64,000 nucleotides of DNA from an uncultured delta proteobacterium (GTDB taxonomy: Bacteria; Desulfobacterota; Desulfobacteria; Desulfobacterales; JAHEIW01): NCBI GenBank assembly GCA_963706575.1, contig CAVPNL010000015.1:128001-192000 (forward strand), written 5' to 3'. A program made the position numbers and the translations under genes. The notes below the pieces were generated by a model. It did no database searches and had not been told where the DNA came from. It worked only from the letters and a program-made list of their open reading frames with translations. Shown one piece after another: positions 47,407 through 56,614 of this stretch. The number at the start of each line of letters is the position of its first letter. Positions within the stretch are counted from its first letter, which is position 1.

Positions 47407-49335
47407 TTAGACGTTCTCCAATCTGACATACTGATCATAATAAGCAGCGCCGGAGCCGATGTCGGTTAAGCGGGCCTCAATCAGCTGATTAACACCGCCG
47501 CCCATACTGATCCAGTCTCCCCGGCGGTAAATAACAACATCAGGGTGAAGATCCGACAGCGTCTGCACGCTGACTTTCAGCCGCCCCAACGGTGAAACCA
47601 GCTCAACGGGTTTTTGCAGGTTCAAATTCTCCAGGCAGAGACTATCCGACGCCACCCAGACTACGGGCGGTTGTTTTTGATCCTCAGGCAATATCTGGGA
47701 ATGAATAGACTTGCGGCGCACCAGAGTTAACAGGCGCAGCGGGTATTCTGCCGGTGGTTCCGGTTCGGCATGCAGCAGATAAGGAAATCGGTATTTGCCG
47801 TCCTGATGCATAAACCGCAGACCGGCGTAAGCAACTTCAGGCCGATTGGAACGGACACAACCGCACTTCTGAATCTCCTCGAGGGTCGTTGACAGAAAGG
47901 GCGAATCCAAGGCAGCCCGCAGGCATTCTTCCGCGCTCGGCAGGGCAACCGGCGGATCGAGGCGTCTGGCAATTTCAGTCAGAATCCAGTAATCGTTTCT
48001 GGCCTCGCCGGGAGCGGGAAGCACGGGGCACACGTATTGAACCTGCTCATGCAGATATGAGCCGATAATGTCTTCCTGCTCCAGGATAAGGGTGCTGGGC
48101 AGCACCAGATCGGCTTGCTGGGCCGTATCATTCATAAAGGCATCGACCACAACCTTAAAATCAACCCTGGCGAATGCTTTTATGAGTTGCAGCGAGTCCG
48201 GCGCCTGGTTAATGACATTGGCGCCGTTGATCCAGATCATCTCAATCGGCGGGTTTTCCGCCGCCAGGATCTCCCGGCCGATCACCGGAAACTGAAAAGA
48301 ACGACGCGGTAGTTTTTCCAGCTCCCGCGTCCATTTTAGATTCAGGTTGCGATAGGAATGCAGCTGGAAATAGCTGCCGCCCCCTGATCGCCCGATATTG
48401 CCGGAAAGCAAGGCCAGCGCATTGATAAACCTCACATTTTCGCCGCCATATCGATAACGCTGCAGCCCGGCGCTGATCAGGGTGGCCACCGGATCTTTTT
48501 GTGCGTAGCATTCATAAACCCGCTCAAAATCTGCTTCGGACACATCGCAAGCATCAAGCAAATCGTTCATCGGCTGAGCTTTGATCAGCGCCAAAAACTT
48601 CTCCGGAGCTCGCGTGTGGCGTAAAACATTTTGATCAATCACATCGTTTATCATCAAAACCTGCAGGACGGCTGCTGCCAGGAATCGATCCGTGCCGGGC
48701 CGGATACGAATGTGCGCATCGGAATAGGCATGATTGCCATCCCCCCCCGGGGAGATGGTCAGCACCCGGGTGCCGTTTTTACGGACCCGTTTGACCAGCG
48801 CGGCCGTATGAACCGAACTGCGCGAAAAATCCTTGCCCCAGTTGATGATTCGGGAGGCATTGATCAGGTTGTTGATATCGTTGTTTTCCCGCGAGCCGAA
48901 ATCATGCACACCGGCCATATAACCGGCTGCATCACAAAGCGACCCTCTCACCCGGCTGGTTCCCAGTCTGGAAAAAAGAAGCGTGGTTGCTTCTTTTAAA
49001 ACGCCTTTGGCGCCCTCGTTATGGATATGCAGAATTGCCGTGGGCCGGGACCGCAAATTCTGGATCTTTGCGACACACAGATCGAGTGCCGAGTCCCAGC
49101 TGATGGTTTGCCAACCGGATTTGGTTTGCAATTGTGGCTGGGTAATCCGATGGGGGCTCTGGACTCTTCTGACATGATCTTTCAGTTTGGCGCAGGTAAA
49201 CCCGGAGGTGAACGGATTGTCTGGATTGCCCTGGACCTTCACCCTTCCATCCGCTTCGCGACTTACGACGATAGAACAGGCGTCGGGACAATCCATGGTA
49301 CAGGCAGTGATTGCTTTTTCTTTTTTTTCATTCAT
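47407..49335 (-). CDS. Molybdopterin-dependent oxidoreductase (DMSO reductase superfamily), cytoplasmic
   Basis: CTMDCPDAC...GFTCAK Fe-S motif, ISWDSALD, GSLCDAAG, IRPGTD, VVVDAFMNDTAQQADLVLP; no Tat signal; probable start MNEKKEK. Confidence 0.92.
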   Translation of the reverse strand: MNEKKEKAITACTMDCPDACSIVVSREADGRVKVQGNPDNPFTSGFTCAKLKDHVRRVQSPHRITQPQLQTKSGWQTISWDSALDLCVAKIQNLRSRPTAILHIHNEGAKGVLKEATTLLFSRLGTSRVRGSLCDAAGYMAGVHDFGSRENNDINNLINASRIINWGKDFSRSSVHTAALVKRVRKNGTRVLTISPGGDGNHAYSDAHIRIRPGTDRFLAAAVLQVLMINDVIDQNVLRHTRAPEKFLALIKAQPMNDLLDACDVSEADFERVYECYAQKDPVATLISAGLQRYRYGGENVRFINALALLSGNIGRSGGGSYFQLHSYRNLNLKWTRELEKLPRRSFQFPVIGREILAAENPPIEMIWINGANVINQAPDSLQLIKAFARVDFKVVVDAFMNDTAQQADLVLPSTLILEQEDIIGSYLHEQVQYVCPVLPAPGEARNDYWILTEIARRLDPPVALPSAEECLRAALDSPFLSTTLEEIQKCGCVRSNRPEVAYAGLRFMHQDGKYRFPYLLHAEPEPPAEYPLRLLTLVRRKSIHSQILPEDQKQPPVVWVASDSLCLENLNLQKPVELVSPLGRLKVSVQTLSDLHPDVVIYRRGDWISMGGGVNQLIEARLTDIGSGAAYYDQYVRLENV

Positions 49336-49618
49336 TATCCGTAACTTAAGCAGCATAAAAAATTTAGTCAAGAACGGGGTGGATTGAAAATAGGCGTGGC
49401 AATGCGGATGCTGCCTGCCGTCAAATAACAAATTTTTAGGTGGAATCGGCGTGGTGAAACAGATGGAAGGATAATGCAGGTATTCGTAACTTTTCGATTC
49501 GAGTGAAAAGGCCATCTATGACTTTTTTAGATGGCCTTTTATTTGGTAAAAATATAATTAATTTAAAAAAGGCTACAGGGATGGTCGGATTTGCTCTGAG
49601 AGAAGTTAATCCAAACCG

Positions 49619-49653
49619 AAAAATTTGTAACTTTTTGGGTCATTATTCGTTAT
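49619..49653 (+). promoter_or_regulatory. ECF-sigma promoter 1 (autoregulatory)
   Basis: TGTAAC (49626-31)-16 nt-CGTT (49648-51); the same motif occurs at 52141-52175. Confidence 0.75.
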
Positions 49654-49662
49654 ATAACAAAA

Positions 49663-50142
49663 GTGGTGAAATTCAGGTCATTTTACAACAGATATAAAGA
49701 TATGCTTTTTGCTTACCTGATGCGTACTAGCGGTGATTATTACCTGTCCGGCGACATCATGCAGGAAAGCTTTACCCGTTATCTCGACCGATACGGCAAA
49801 CGCGAACCGAGCGCGCCCCTGCTTTTTAAAATCGCACGCAACGCCCTGCTGGACCATCGGCGCAAATCGAATCGCACCTCCCAGTTCCGGGATGAAAACG
49901 AGCTTCAGGGCGGTAATCCGGAGCATCATCTGATGGTCAGGGACGAATACCGGCGTACGCTGTTAGCCATACAGCAACTGGAGGCGGCCGAAAGGGATAT
50001 TTTAAGCCTCGTTGTCAGCAGTGATCTGTCTTATCGGGAAATTGCAGAAATTCACCGTACCAGCGAGCAGAATATAAAAGTCAAAGTTCATCGGGCCCGG
50101 GTGAAACTCAGAGAAGCCCTTGGAGAAAGGGATAAGAAATGA
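49663..50142 (+). CDS. ECF-subfamily RNA polymerase sigma factor
   Basis: DIMQESF, LFKIARNALLDHRR (region 2); LSYREIAE...IKVKVHRARVKLRE (region 4). Confidence 0.95.
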   Translation: MVKFRSFYNRYKDMLFAYLMRTSGDYYLSGDIMQESFTRYLDRYGKREPSAPLLFKIARNALLDHRRKSNRTSQFRDENELQGGNPEHHLMVRDEYRRTLLAIQQLEAAERDILSLVVSSDLSYREIAEIHRTSEQNIKVKVHRARVKLREALGERDKK

Positions 50143-50696
50143 AGGATTATTTGATCAGTATGTTCATCGATGACGAGATGAATGTCGATGAAAAAATCGA
50201 GTTTGTCGAGACGGTCCACAGCGACGCGGCGGTCAAAGACGAAACCATCGGTCTCCTGCAGCAGGAAAAGGTGATTCGCGCCCGGGTGGTTGACCGAATT
50301 GGCGGCGCTCAGGTGGACATCCGGCCGACGCTGCATCTGCGATTTTGGAAGCCGGCCGCGGCTTTTATGGGTGGACTGGCGGCAGCCCTGATCATTGTCT
50401 TTTTTGCGCAGCCGGAGCCGAAAATGGCGGCCGTGCCTTACCGGTTCGTCATTTATCAACCCGATGCCGGTCAGGTTGAACTTACCGGCAGTTTCACCGG
50501 CTGGAACACCATCCCCATGAAAAAGATGGGGGCCAGCGGATACTGGGAGGCAACAATTGATCTTTATCCGGGTGAACATCATTACAGTTACATCCTCGAG
50601 GGCGGCCGGCGCGTGCCCGACCCGACGATTTTGACACGCGAGAAAGACGATTTTGGTGGCGAAAATTCAATTATAGATATACACAGGAAGGTATGA
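50139..50696 (+). CDS. Putative anti-sigma factor with extracytoplasmic glycogen-binding (CBM48 / AMPK-beta-like) domain
   Basis: ATGA overlap with the sigma gene; N-terminal LISMFIDDEM anti-sigma-like segment, one transmembrane helix, then VELTGSFTGWN..M..GYWE..L.PGEHHYSY..DP..DDFGGENS. Confidence 0.85.
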   Translation: MKDYLISMFIDDEMNVDEKIEFVETVHSDAAVKDETIGLLQQEKVIRARVVDRIGGAQVDIRPTLHLRFWKPAAAFMGGLAAALIIVFFAQPEPKMAAVPYRFVIYQPDAGQVELTGSFTGWNTIPMKKMGASGYWEATIDLYPGEHHYSYILEGGRRVPDPTILTREKDDFGGENSIIDIHRKV

Positions 50697-51019
50697 AAAG
50701 ATGGTTGATTCCCGTTTACGCCATACTGCTTCTGATATCAGGCTGCACCGGGCGCCTCTACCGGGTGGAGGATGATCGGGTGACTTTCTATCTGGACTTG
50801 CCGGCTGCGCAGCAAGTTGATTTTGCCTATTCTCTTGATGAATTCAGGTTGCATAAAGTTAAAAAAAAGCAGGGCGGCACATGGGAAATCGCCGTCCCGG
50901 CGGACATTGAATTCAGATATTTCTTTATTGTCGATGGGGTGGTGTACCTCCCCGGGTGTGATCTCAGGGAAGCAGACGATTTCGGCTCCGGAAACTGCAT
51001 TTTCGAGCCTGCCCGCTGA
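50693..51019 (+). CDS. Lipoprotein with a degenerate CBM48-like domain
   Basis: Lipobox LISG-C; VTFY..GTWEIAVP..FRYFFIVDG..EADDFGSGNC parallels the anti-sigma C-terminal domain. Confidence 0.8.
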   Translation: MKRWLIPVYAILLLISGCTGRLYRVEDDRVTFYLDLPAAQQVDFAYSLDEFRLHKVKKKQGGTWEIAVPADIEFRYFFIVDGVVYLPGCDLREADDFGSGNCIFEPAR

Positions 51020-51057
51020 CGGGCAACATCATAGAATGCGATGGAGCTTCACGTGCC

Positions 51058-51984
51058 ATGAAAAAAATGATGAAAAAATTCTGTATCACAGCAGGCATCC
51101 TGCTGCTGGCGACCACCATCGCCGGCGCGGATGCGGTGGAACAGGCCCTGTCCGACATTGCCCCGCAGGCGGTTGTGCAGAGCACGCGCGAACTGATTGA
51201 ATCCGGCCTGGTGTCTGAGCGCGCCATCGAAGTGACCCGGGACATGCTGCAAAATCGGTTCGAGACGCCGCAGATCGCCGCGGCGCACCGGGTGCTGCTG
51301 AAAGCCCAAAACCAGGGATTGCCGCCGGGCCCCATTATCGATAAAGCCCTTGAAGGCATGGCCAAGCACGTTCAGGCAGACCGGATTGTCCGGGCGATGG
51401 ACGCGGTTCGAGCGCGGTATGACTTTTCGCTCCATGAGGCCCGTAAACTCACCGCCCGCAAATCCCCAATGAATCAGATAGGGCATGTCATTGCCGCCGG
51501 GCTGAGCGCCGGATTGACCCCGCAAAGCGTTGAATCCATCACCGAAGGGCTTCAGGAACGATCCCGTGCAATGAATACCGACCAGCGAGACGCTCTGGCA
51601 CTGGAGACTTTTAAAATGGCCCGGGATATGGCGCGTCTGGGCGTATCCCCTTCGCAGACCGCAGCGGTGATCGGGCAGGCGCTGCAGCATCAGTTTAGCG
51701 TCAGGCAGATGCAAAATATGCGTACGGCCTTTCGAAACGATTCCCGTACGACCGCATCTCAGGGACTGGCGGCCACTTACGACCGGGCCATTCAGCAAGG
51801 AAAAAGTTTTGAAGGCCCCGGCGGCGGTCAGATGGGCGAAGGCCATGGCGCCGGGTCGACCGGCGGAGCCGGGGGCGGACCGGGCGGTTCCGGCTCCGAA
51901 GGCGGCGGCCCGGGAAGCGGCCCGGGCGGCGGTCCTGGCGGTGGTCCTGGCGGTGGAGGTGGTCCCGGAGGTTCCGGCAGTTAG
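51058..51984 (+). CDS. Exported alpha-helical hypothetical protein with Gly-rich tail
   Basis: Signal peptide (AGA-DA), GLPPGPIIDKALEGMAK segment, C-terminal GGGPG repeats. Confidence 0.85.
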   Translation: MKKMMKKFCITAGILLLATTIAGADAVEQALSDIAPQAVVQSTRELIESGLVSERAIEVTRDMLQNRFETPQIAAAHRVLLKAQNQGLPPGPIIDKALEGMAKHVQADRIVRAMDAVRARYDFSLHEARKLTARKSPMNQIGHVIAAGLSAGLTPQSVESITEGLQERSRAMNTDQRDALALETFKMARDMARLGVSPSQTAAVIGQALQHQFSVRQMQNMRTAFRNDSRTTASQGLAATYDRAIQQGKSFEGPGGGQMGEGHGAGSTGGAGGGPGGSGSEGGGPGSGPGGGPGGGPGGGGGPGGSGS

Positions 51985-52079
51985 TCTTAAAAACGATGGT
52001 GCCGTCCTGAAGCTTTCCGGATGACAGCAGCTGAATTTACCTGCCTGAGCAAACGCAGCGCTTTTAATTTCCTTCTCCG

Positions 52080-52109
52080 AAGCGGGGCCCATGGGGCCCC
52101 GCTTTTTTT
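52080..52109 (+). terminator. Intrinsic terminator of the ECF operon
   Basis: AAGCGGGGCCCCATGGGGCCCCGCTTTTTTT. Confidence 0.85.
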
Positions 52110-52140
52110 GGAGGAGGGGTCTGTGGGGAAAAAAAACATA

Positions 52141-52175
52141 AAAAATTTGTAACCTTTTCCAATGCGAGCCGTTTA
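52141..52175 (+). promoter_or_regulatory. ECF-sigma promoter 2
   Basis: AAAAATTTGTAACCTTTT (17/18 identical to promoter 1), 16 nt spacer, CGTT at 52170. Confidence 0.75.
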
Positions 52176-52297
52176 TGGTTTGAAACGCGCGCAAATATCC
52201 GCGAAAAAACTGGGCTGTCCGGGGCAGGAATTGAACCCGAAAAACGGAGAGGACCTGTTCCCGGTCTCCTGAGACAATTTCAGGAAAAGGAGGAGAA

Positions 52298-52824
52298 ATG
52301 ATGTCAAAAAAGATTATTTCCGCGATATGGCCGCTGATGGTGTTGGGCTTCATGCTGACGGCGACATGGGCGGCAACACCCGATGATTTTAATTTTCAGA
52401 AGCCGATCGCACTGAGTTCGCAAAACCGTGCGGTAGGCGGCTGTCCAATGGCAGCCGACATGCTGAGAGATCCGTTTGTTCTCGCCCAAGGTGGTGGCGG
52501 CGGTGGTGGCGGCGGTGGCGGCGGTCCGGTGACGCTGGCGGTTCGGGCGGCAGCGGTGGTCCGGGCGGTTCCGGTAACGGCCAGGGCGGCAACAGCGACA
52601 GTAACGGCGGCGATGCCCTGGGCGGCAGAGGACCAAAGGGCGGCCAGCAATCGAATCAGCAGCAGCAATTACAGCAGCATTTGCAGGTCCAAAATCAGCA
52701 TCAACATCAGCATCAACATCAGCACCAGCATCAGCACCAGCATCAAGAACAAGAACCGCAGGAGCAACAGCAGCACCACCAGTATCAACATCACCACCAG
52801 TACCGGTACGGGCAAACGCCTTAA
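52298..52824 (+). CDS. Exported Gly-rich, (Gln-His)n-repeat protein; one-base frameshift near 52525
   Basis: RBS AAGGAGGAG and signal peptide. Restoring one base in GGT(T)CC gives SGDAGGSGGSGGPGGSGNGQGG...QQQQLQQHLQVQN(QH)8QEQEPQEQQQHHQYQHHHQYRYGQTP-TAA. Confidence 0.75.
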
Positions 52825-52992
52825 TAATGCTCTGCTATAATATCTAACGGTCCCGGTAACGGCGGCTGAGCCGGTCCTCGGCGTTCAATGGTCGGTCAGT
52901 CGCCGCCGGGCCTGGCTCAAAGCCGCAGAGTTGACTTTCCAGCACTGGTGAGGTGTCTATTAAGCAGATGGAGAATTGAAATAGTTTAAATT

Positions 52993-53181
52993 AAAATGCG
53001 CCATCACACAATTTGTGCCGCAATAAAGTGTGTCATGTTACACTCGAAGCGCCGGCGTTTTTCCGTCAAACCCCTCGGATCATCAAGACTTGCTTTTCGA
53101 TAACTAATTGATATTTTAACAATTAATTCCAACACATTGAGAATCCGGTGTATGGAAGCTTTTTCTGGCACAAATCTTGTT
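52993..53181 (+). promoter_or_regulatory. Sigma54 promoter A: enhancer, IHF site, -24/-12
   Basis: Enhancer 52993-53042; IHF consensus match TAACTAATTGATA at 53101-53113; TGGCAC-N5-TTGT at 53166-53180. Confidence 0.65.
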
Positions 53182-53289
53182 TTACAAAATCTACAAGAGT
53201 CTTAGATTACGCAGCAGGTCTGTTAAGCGGTTTTCGATCCTAAAAACGGCAAGGCGCACGTTCTGCATTCATCACGGAATTGGCTGAAA

Positions 53290-53487
53290 ATGAACGATTT
53301 CAAAACGCTATCATCGGACAGAGGGAACGGAGAGGAAAAATTCTGCCCCGTGCTCATCGACCCCGAGCCGGACTGTTACTGCTTCAACCTCAACAGCCAG
53401 AACATTGCCTTTGCCCTGAAGTACTGCCAGGGCAACTATGTGGCCTGTGACATTTATCAGCGTGTGCTAAATAGAGAAAATCCCTGA
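53290..53487 (+). CDS. Small Cys-rich hypothetical protein
   Basis: 65 aa; FCP..PDCYC..YC..ACDIY; downstream of sigma54 promoter A. Confidence 0.65.
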   Translation: MNDFKTLSSDRGNGEEKFCPVLIDPEPDCYCFNLNSQNIAFALKYCQGNYVACDIYQRVLNRENP

Positions 53488-53825
53488 GATTTCTTGCAGT
53501 TCTCCTGACAGAAAAGCACTATTCCTGCAAATCGAAAACCGCAACATCTTTTGTATAATGGAATTTGATATATTCTGCCCGAGGCGCTTAACGGCTCCAT
53601 CGGGCGTTGTAGACTGCAAAGCTCAGCGGCGTTGCCCGCGATTGGTGGCGATAAGGGGCTTTGCTCGGCGGCTGGCACAATGAGGGAATATTCCACCTGA
53701 GTGAAACGATTTTTTTAAAAGCGGCTCTGCAGAGCCGCGTCCAAGAAGTCTTTTATCTTTACTGACCCCTCCAAGCCATTTCAAGGCCCTCGACTGACAC
53801 GGTCCATACGGAAACCTGGAAAGTC

Positions 53826-54422
53826 CTAGTCCTCGCTATTCGGTTTTTTCTTTCCCTTCTTGTTTTTGCCTATAGCCTTCCAGAGCACTTCCAGAGTCTC
53901 CTGGTTACGTAGAAGAACAGCGCTTACGCCGCCATTTGTTTTTACGACCACCCACAAGGCGATGAGATCTTCCCCTTCCAGACATGGATAGTAACCGATA
54001 GCAACATTGTCACCCGGCCTGGGTTGGGGAATTGCAGAGGTTGCTTCCATGACCGTATACTGTTCACTTTCATCAGTTATAGGCAAACAGTTACTATCAT
54101 CAATTTCCAGGGTAACAGCGTTTTCCCAATAAAACGCCGGCCCTATGCCCAAGATTGTCGTTACGTTCCCATCCACGCACTCATTGCAGTCGTCGTTGCC
54201 GTCTCCGGGGCAATCTATTGGCCCATCGTTCAGAGTCTCAATGTCACTGCAAATCGTAATTCCATCTTTTCTGTCATCGTGAAGCGATAGGACACACCCG
54301 GACACAACTTCTAATGTGTCCACATTAGGGCCCTTCTTAAATTCTTTACCAAAGGCCTGCACGGCTGCGAAGATCATGATGGTTGCCAATCCAACAAGCA
54401 CTATCCGGATAGAATTTTTCAT
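53826..54422 (-). CDS. Exported hypothetical protein (acidic, Cys-containing)
   Basis: ATG 54422 after AAGGAGA; signal peptide VQA; LGIGPAFYW segment. Confidence 0.75.
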   Translation of the reverse strand: MKNSIRIVLVGLATIMIFAAVQAFGKEFKKGPNVDTLEVVSGCVLSLHDDRKDGITICSDIETLNDGPIDCPGDGNDDCNECVDGNVTTILGIGPAFYWENAVTLEIDDSNCLPITDESEQYTVMEATSAIPQPRPGDNVAIGYYPCLEGEDLIALWVVVKTNGGVSAVLLRNQETLEVLWKAIGKNKKGKKKPNSED

Positions 54423-54449
54423 CGTAACGCTTTCTCCTTTGTTAATGTT

Positions 54450-54812
54450 TTGTAACTTCGCCATCCACGCTTCAACATTGCGCTCGGGATTGACGCCTCA
54501 GCCAACGATCGGGCCGCCTGCGGCCGAAACCCCGTGGCCTCGTTCAGGTTCCGTTCGGATTCCATCCCGGAAAGCTTACCGGCGCCGGTCTTGCTCAGGA
54601 TATATTCCAGATCGTACAGGTGGTCGATGCCATCATCCTCGGCCACGGGATCGCCGGTCCACTCGAAGGCTTCCGAATCGAAGCGATCGCTTTTGCTTTT
54701 GCCCACGACCATGAGACCACCGGCCGCGGATCCGAACTTATGGGCAGTTCCGGTGGCCACGCTGTCAGGCTTCTACCTGGAAAGCCCGCCCAGCGCTTTG
54801 TCACCCACTACC
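54450..54812 (-). pseudogene. Decayed duplicate of the C-terminal part of the adjacent repeat protein
   Basis: DSEAFEWTGDPVAEDDGIDHLYDLEYILSKTG aligns with DSEAFVWAGNPVLEDDEIGYMYDLEYILTKTG; has in-frame stops and a frameshift. Confidence 0.8.
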
Positions 54813-54961
54813 CGATGGCGCTACCATACAGGATACCATGGCGGCCCGGGCTCAAGTGATTGCCCCGCCCGGGAGACCCGGGCGGGGCAATGGCAATGTC
54901 CGGGGGGGCAGGACCGCCGGCCGCCATAAATTTTTTCGGGCCGAATCCTGCCCGGCCGGAG

Positions 54962-56370
54962 CTACTCGTGGGTGAAGACCAGCTCATCGAACGGGAAACC
55001 CGTAACCACCCAGGCTTCGACCCCGCCCTCGGGGTTGATGCCCCAGCCGACGATCCGATCGCCGGCATCCGACACCCCCGTGGCCTGGTTCAGGATCCAC
55101 TCGGAACCCATCCCGGACGCTTCACCGACACCGGTCTTGGTCAGGATGTACTCGAGGTCGTACATGTATCCGATCTCATCGTCCTCGAGGACCGGGTTGC
55201 CGGCCCACACGAAGGCCTCGGAGTCGTAGAGGATGCTCTTGCTGTAGCCCACCACGATGAGTTCGCCGACCAACGATCCGGTTCGATATGCGATGCCGGT
55301 CGCCGTGGCGTCGAGCTTCTTCTTGGAAAGCCCGCCCAGCCCCTTGACCACCCACTCTCCGGTAGTGCCGTCCACGAACCAGATGCAGGCCTGGGGGCCC
55401 TTGGGGCTGTCGCTGCGACCCGCGATGATCGCGCCGTCGGGCGTCATGGCATAGGCCTCGCTCCACTGGCCTCCGTCGACATTGGGCAGGACCACGCTCA
55501 ACAGCGTGATCGGGTCGGTGTTCGCGTCAACCACGGTGGTGACAAAGGCCCGGTTGCCCCGCTTGGTGCCCCCATAGCCGGCGATGATCAAGCCGTCCGC
55601 CGACACGGCCTCGGCCTTGGTCCACTGGAGAGTCTGCTCGGTGTAGACCGAATCGGTGATGGTCAGGCGCCTTGACCACCGGCAGCAGCGGGTCGGTCAT
55701 GTCGGCGCGGAATGCCAGCGCGCCGCGCGTGTTGTGGCCGTAGCCCACCATGATGAGCCCGTCGGTCGACACTTCCTTGGCCACCATCTCGGAGACGCCG
55801 CCGCCGAAGTCCGGAATGGTCGTGTAGTCCCCATCATCGACCGAATCGAGCACCGGCAGCAGCCATTGAACGGCGTAGGACACGGTCCCCAGGGTGTATG
55901 TTCCGACGGGCGTCGAGCCGCCCCAGTCGAGATTCAGGTTGGGCAGGTCGTAGCCGGTCGGCATCGTAGGTCATGTCCGAGGACGCATAAGCGGCGCTCG
56001 GCCGGGACGGGGCGATGACCCCGATGTCCTCCTGGACCTGGAGCTCGTTGTAGAGCGGCGGCACCCCGTCGTCGGTGGCGATGGCCCAGTCGATGTCGCT
56101 GCGCCAGGCCCGCTCGAAATCCACCACCACGGTCGAGCCGACGGCCGTCCTCCCGTCGCGGGAGATGCCCAGGGCCTTGGCCGAGTCGTGGGGGCCGTCC
56201 ATGTGACCCCAGCGCCAGAAGTAGAAATCGTCAATCGGCGTTTCGGGCGGAGGGTCCTCGTTCGGCGGCGGCTTCCCGGGGATGCCCCCTTTGGCCCCCC
56301 ATACGGTGGTGCCGGCCGCGAGGAACATTGCGCAAAGCACGATCGTTATAAGAAAGAGTTTTCTTTTCAT
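54962..56370 (-). CDS. Secreted HAF-repeat-like beta-propeller protein (two frameshifts, near 55960 and 55667)
   Basis: Signal peptide MKRKLFL; repeats SAKALGISRDGRTAVG, AKEVSTDGLIMVG, AEAVSADGLIIAG, AYAMTPDGAIIAG, ATGVSDAGDRIVGWG spread over three frames. Confidence 0.8.
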
Positions 56371-56614
56371 GATTTCCTCCTTTCGGATAGGTTGATAGGA
56401 AGACGTTAACGGCGGCTGCGGGTAAACCCGCGCCGGCGCGCTTATTTCCGGCGATCCCGTCCCCTTTTTCAAGCGGACTTCGATCGTCCGCGCGTCGTGC
56501 CCTGATCTGTACGCACGCAAACCGTGTCGTAGCGGCCCCCGTTTTCGGCGGGGGCCGCTCGAACTTAGCGTCAGGGCCTCCCGGCGCTCGATTGCGCTAT
56601 ATTGCGGCGCGGTC

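Noticed and set aside
47140..47469. Overlapping ~105 aa ORFs between the cupin and Mo-enzyme genes
   Set aside because: The region consists of short palindromes (for example TCCGCCGAAGGCGGA) with no protein motifs or RBS.
51049..52353. 434 aa minus-strand ORF
   Set aside because: Antisense to a gene with a clear signal peptide, and it crosses a terminator and a promoter.
52525..52840. SINISINIS/STSI tail of the 180 aa ORF
   Set aside because: Out-of-frame reading of the (Gln-His) repeat.
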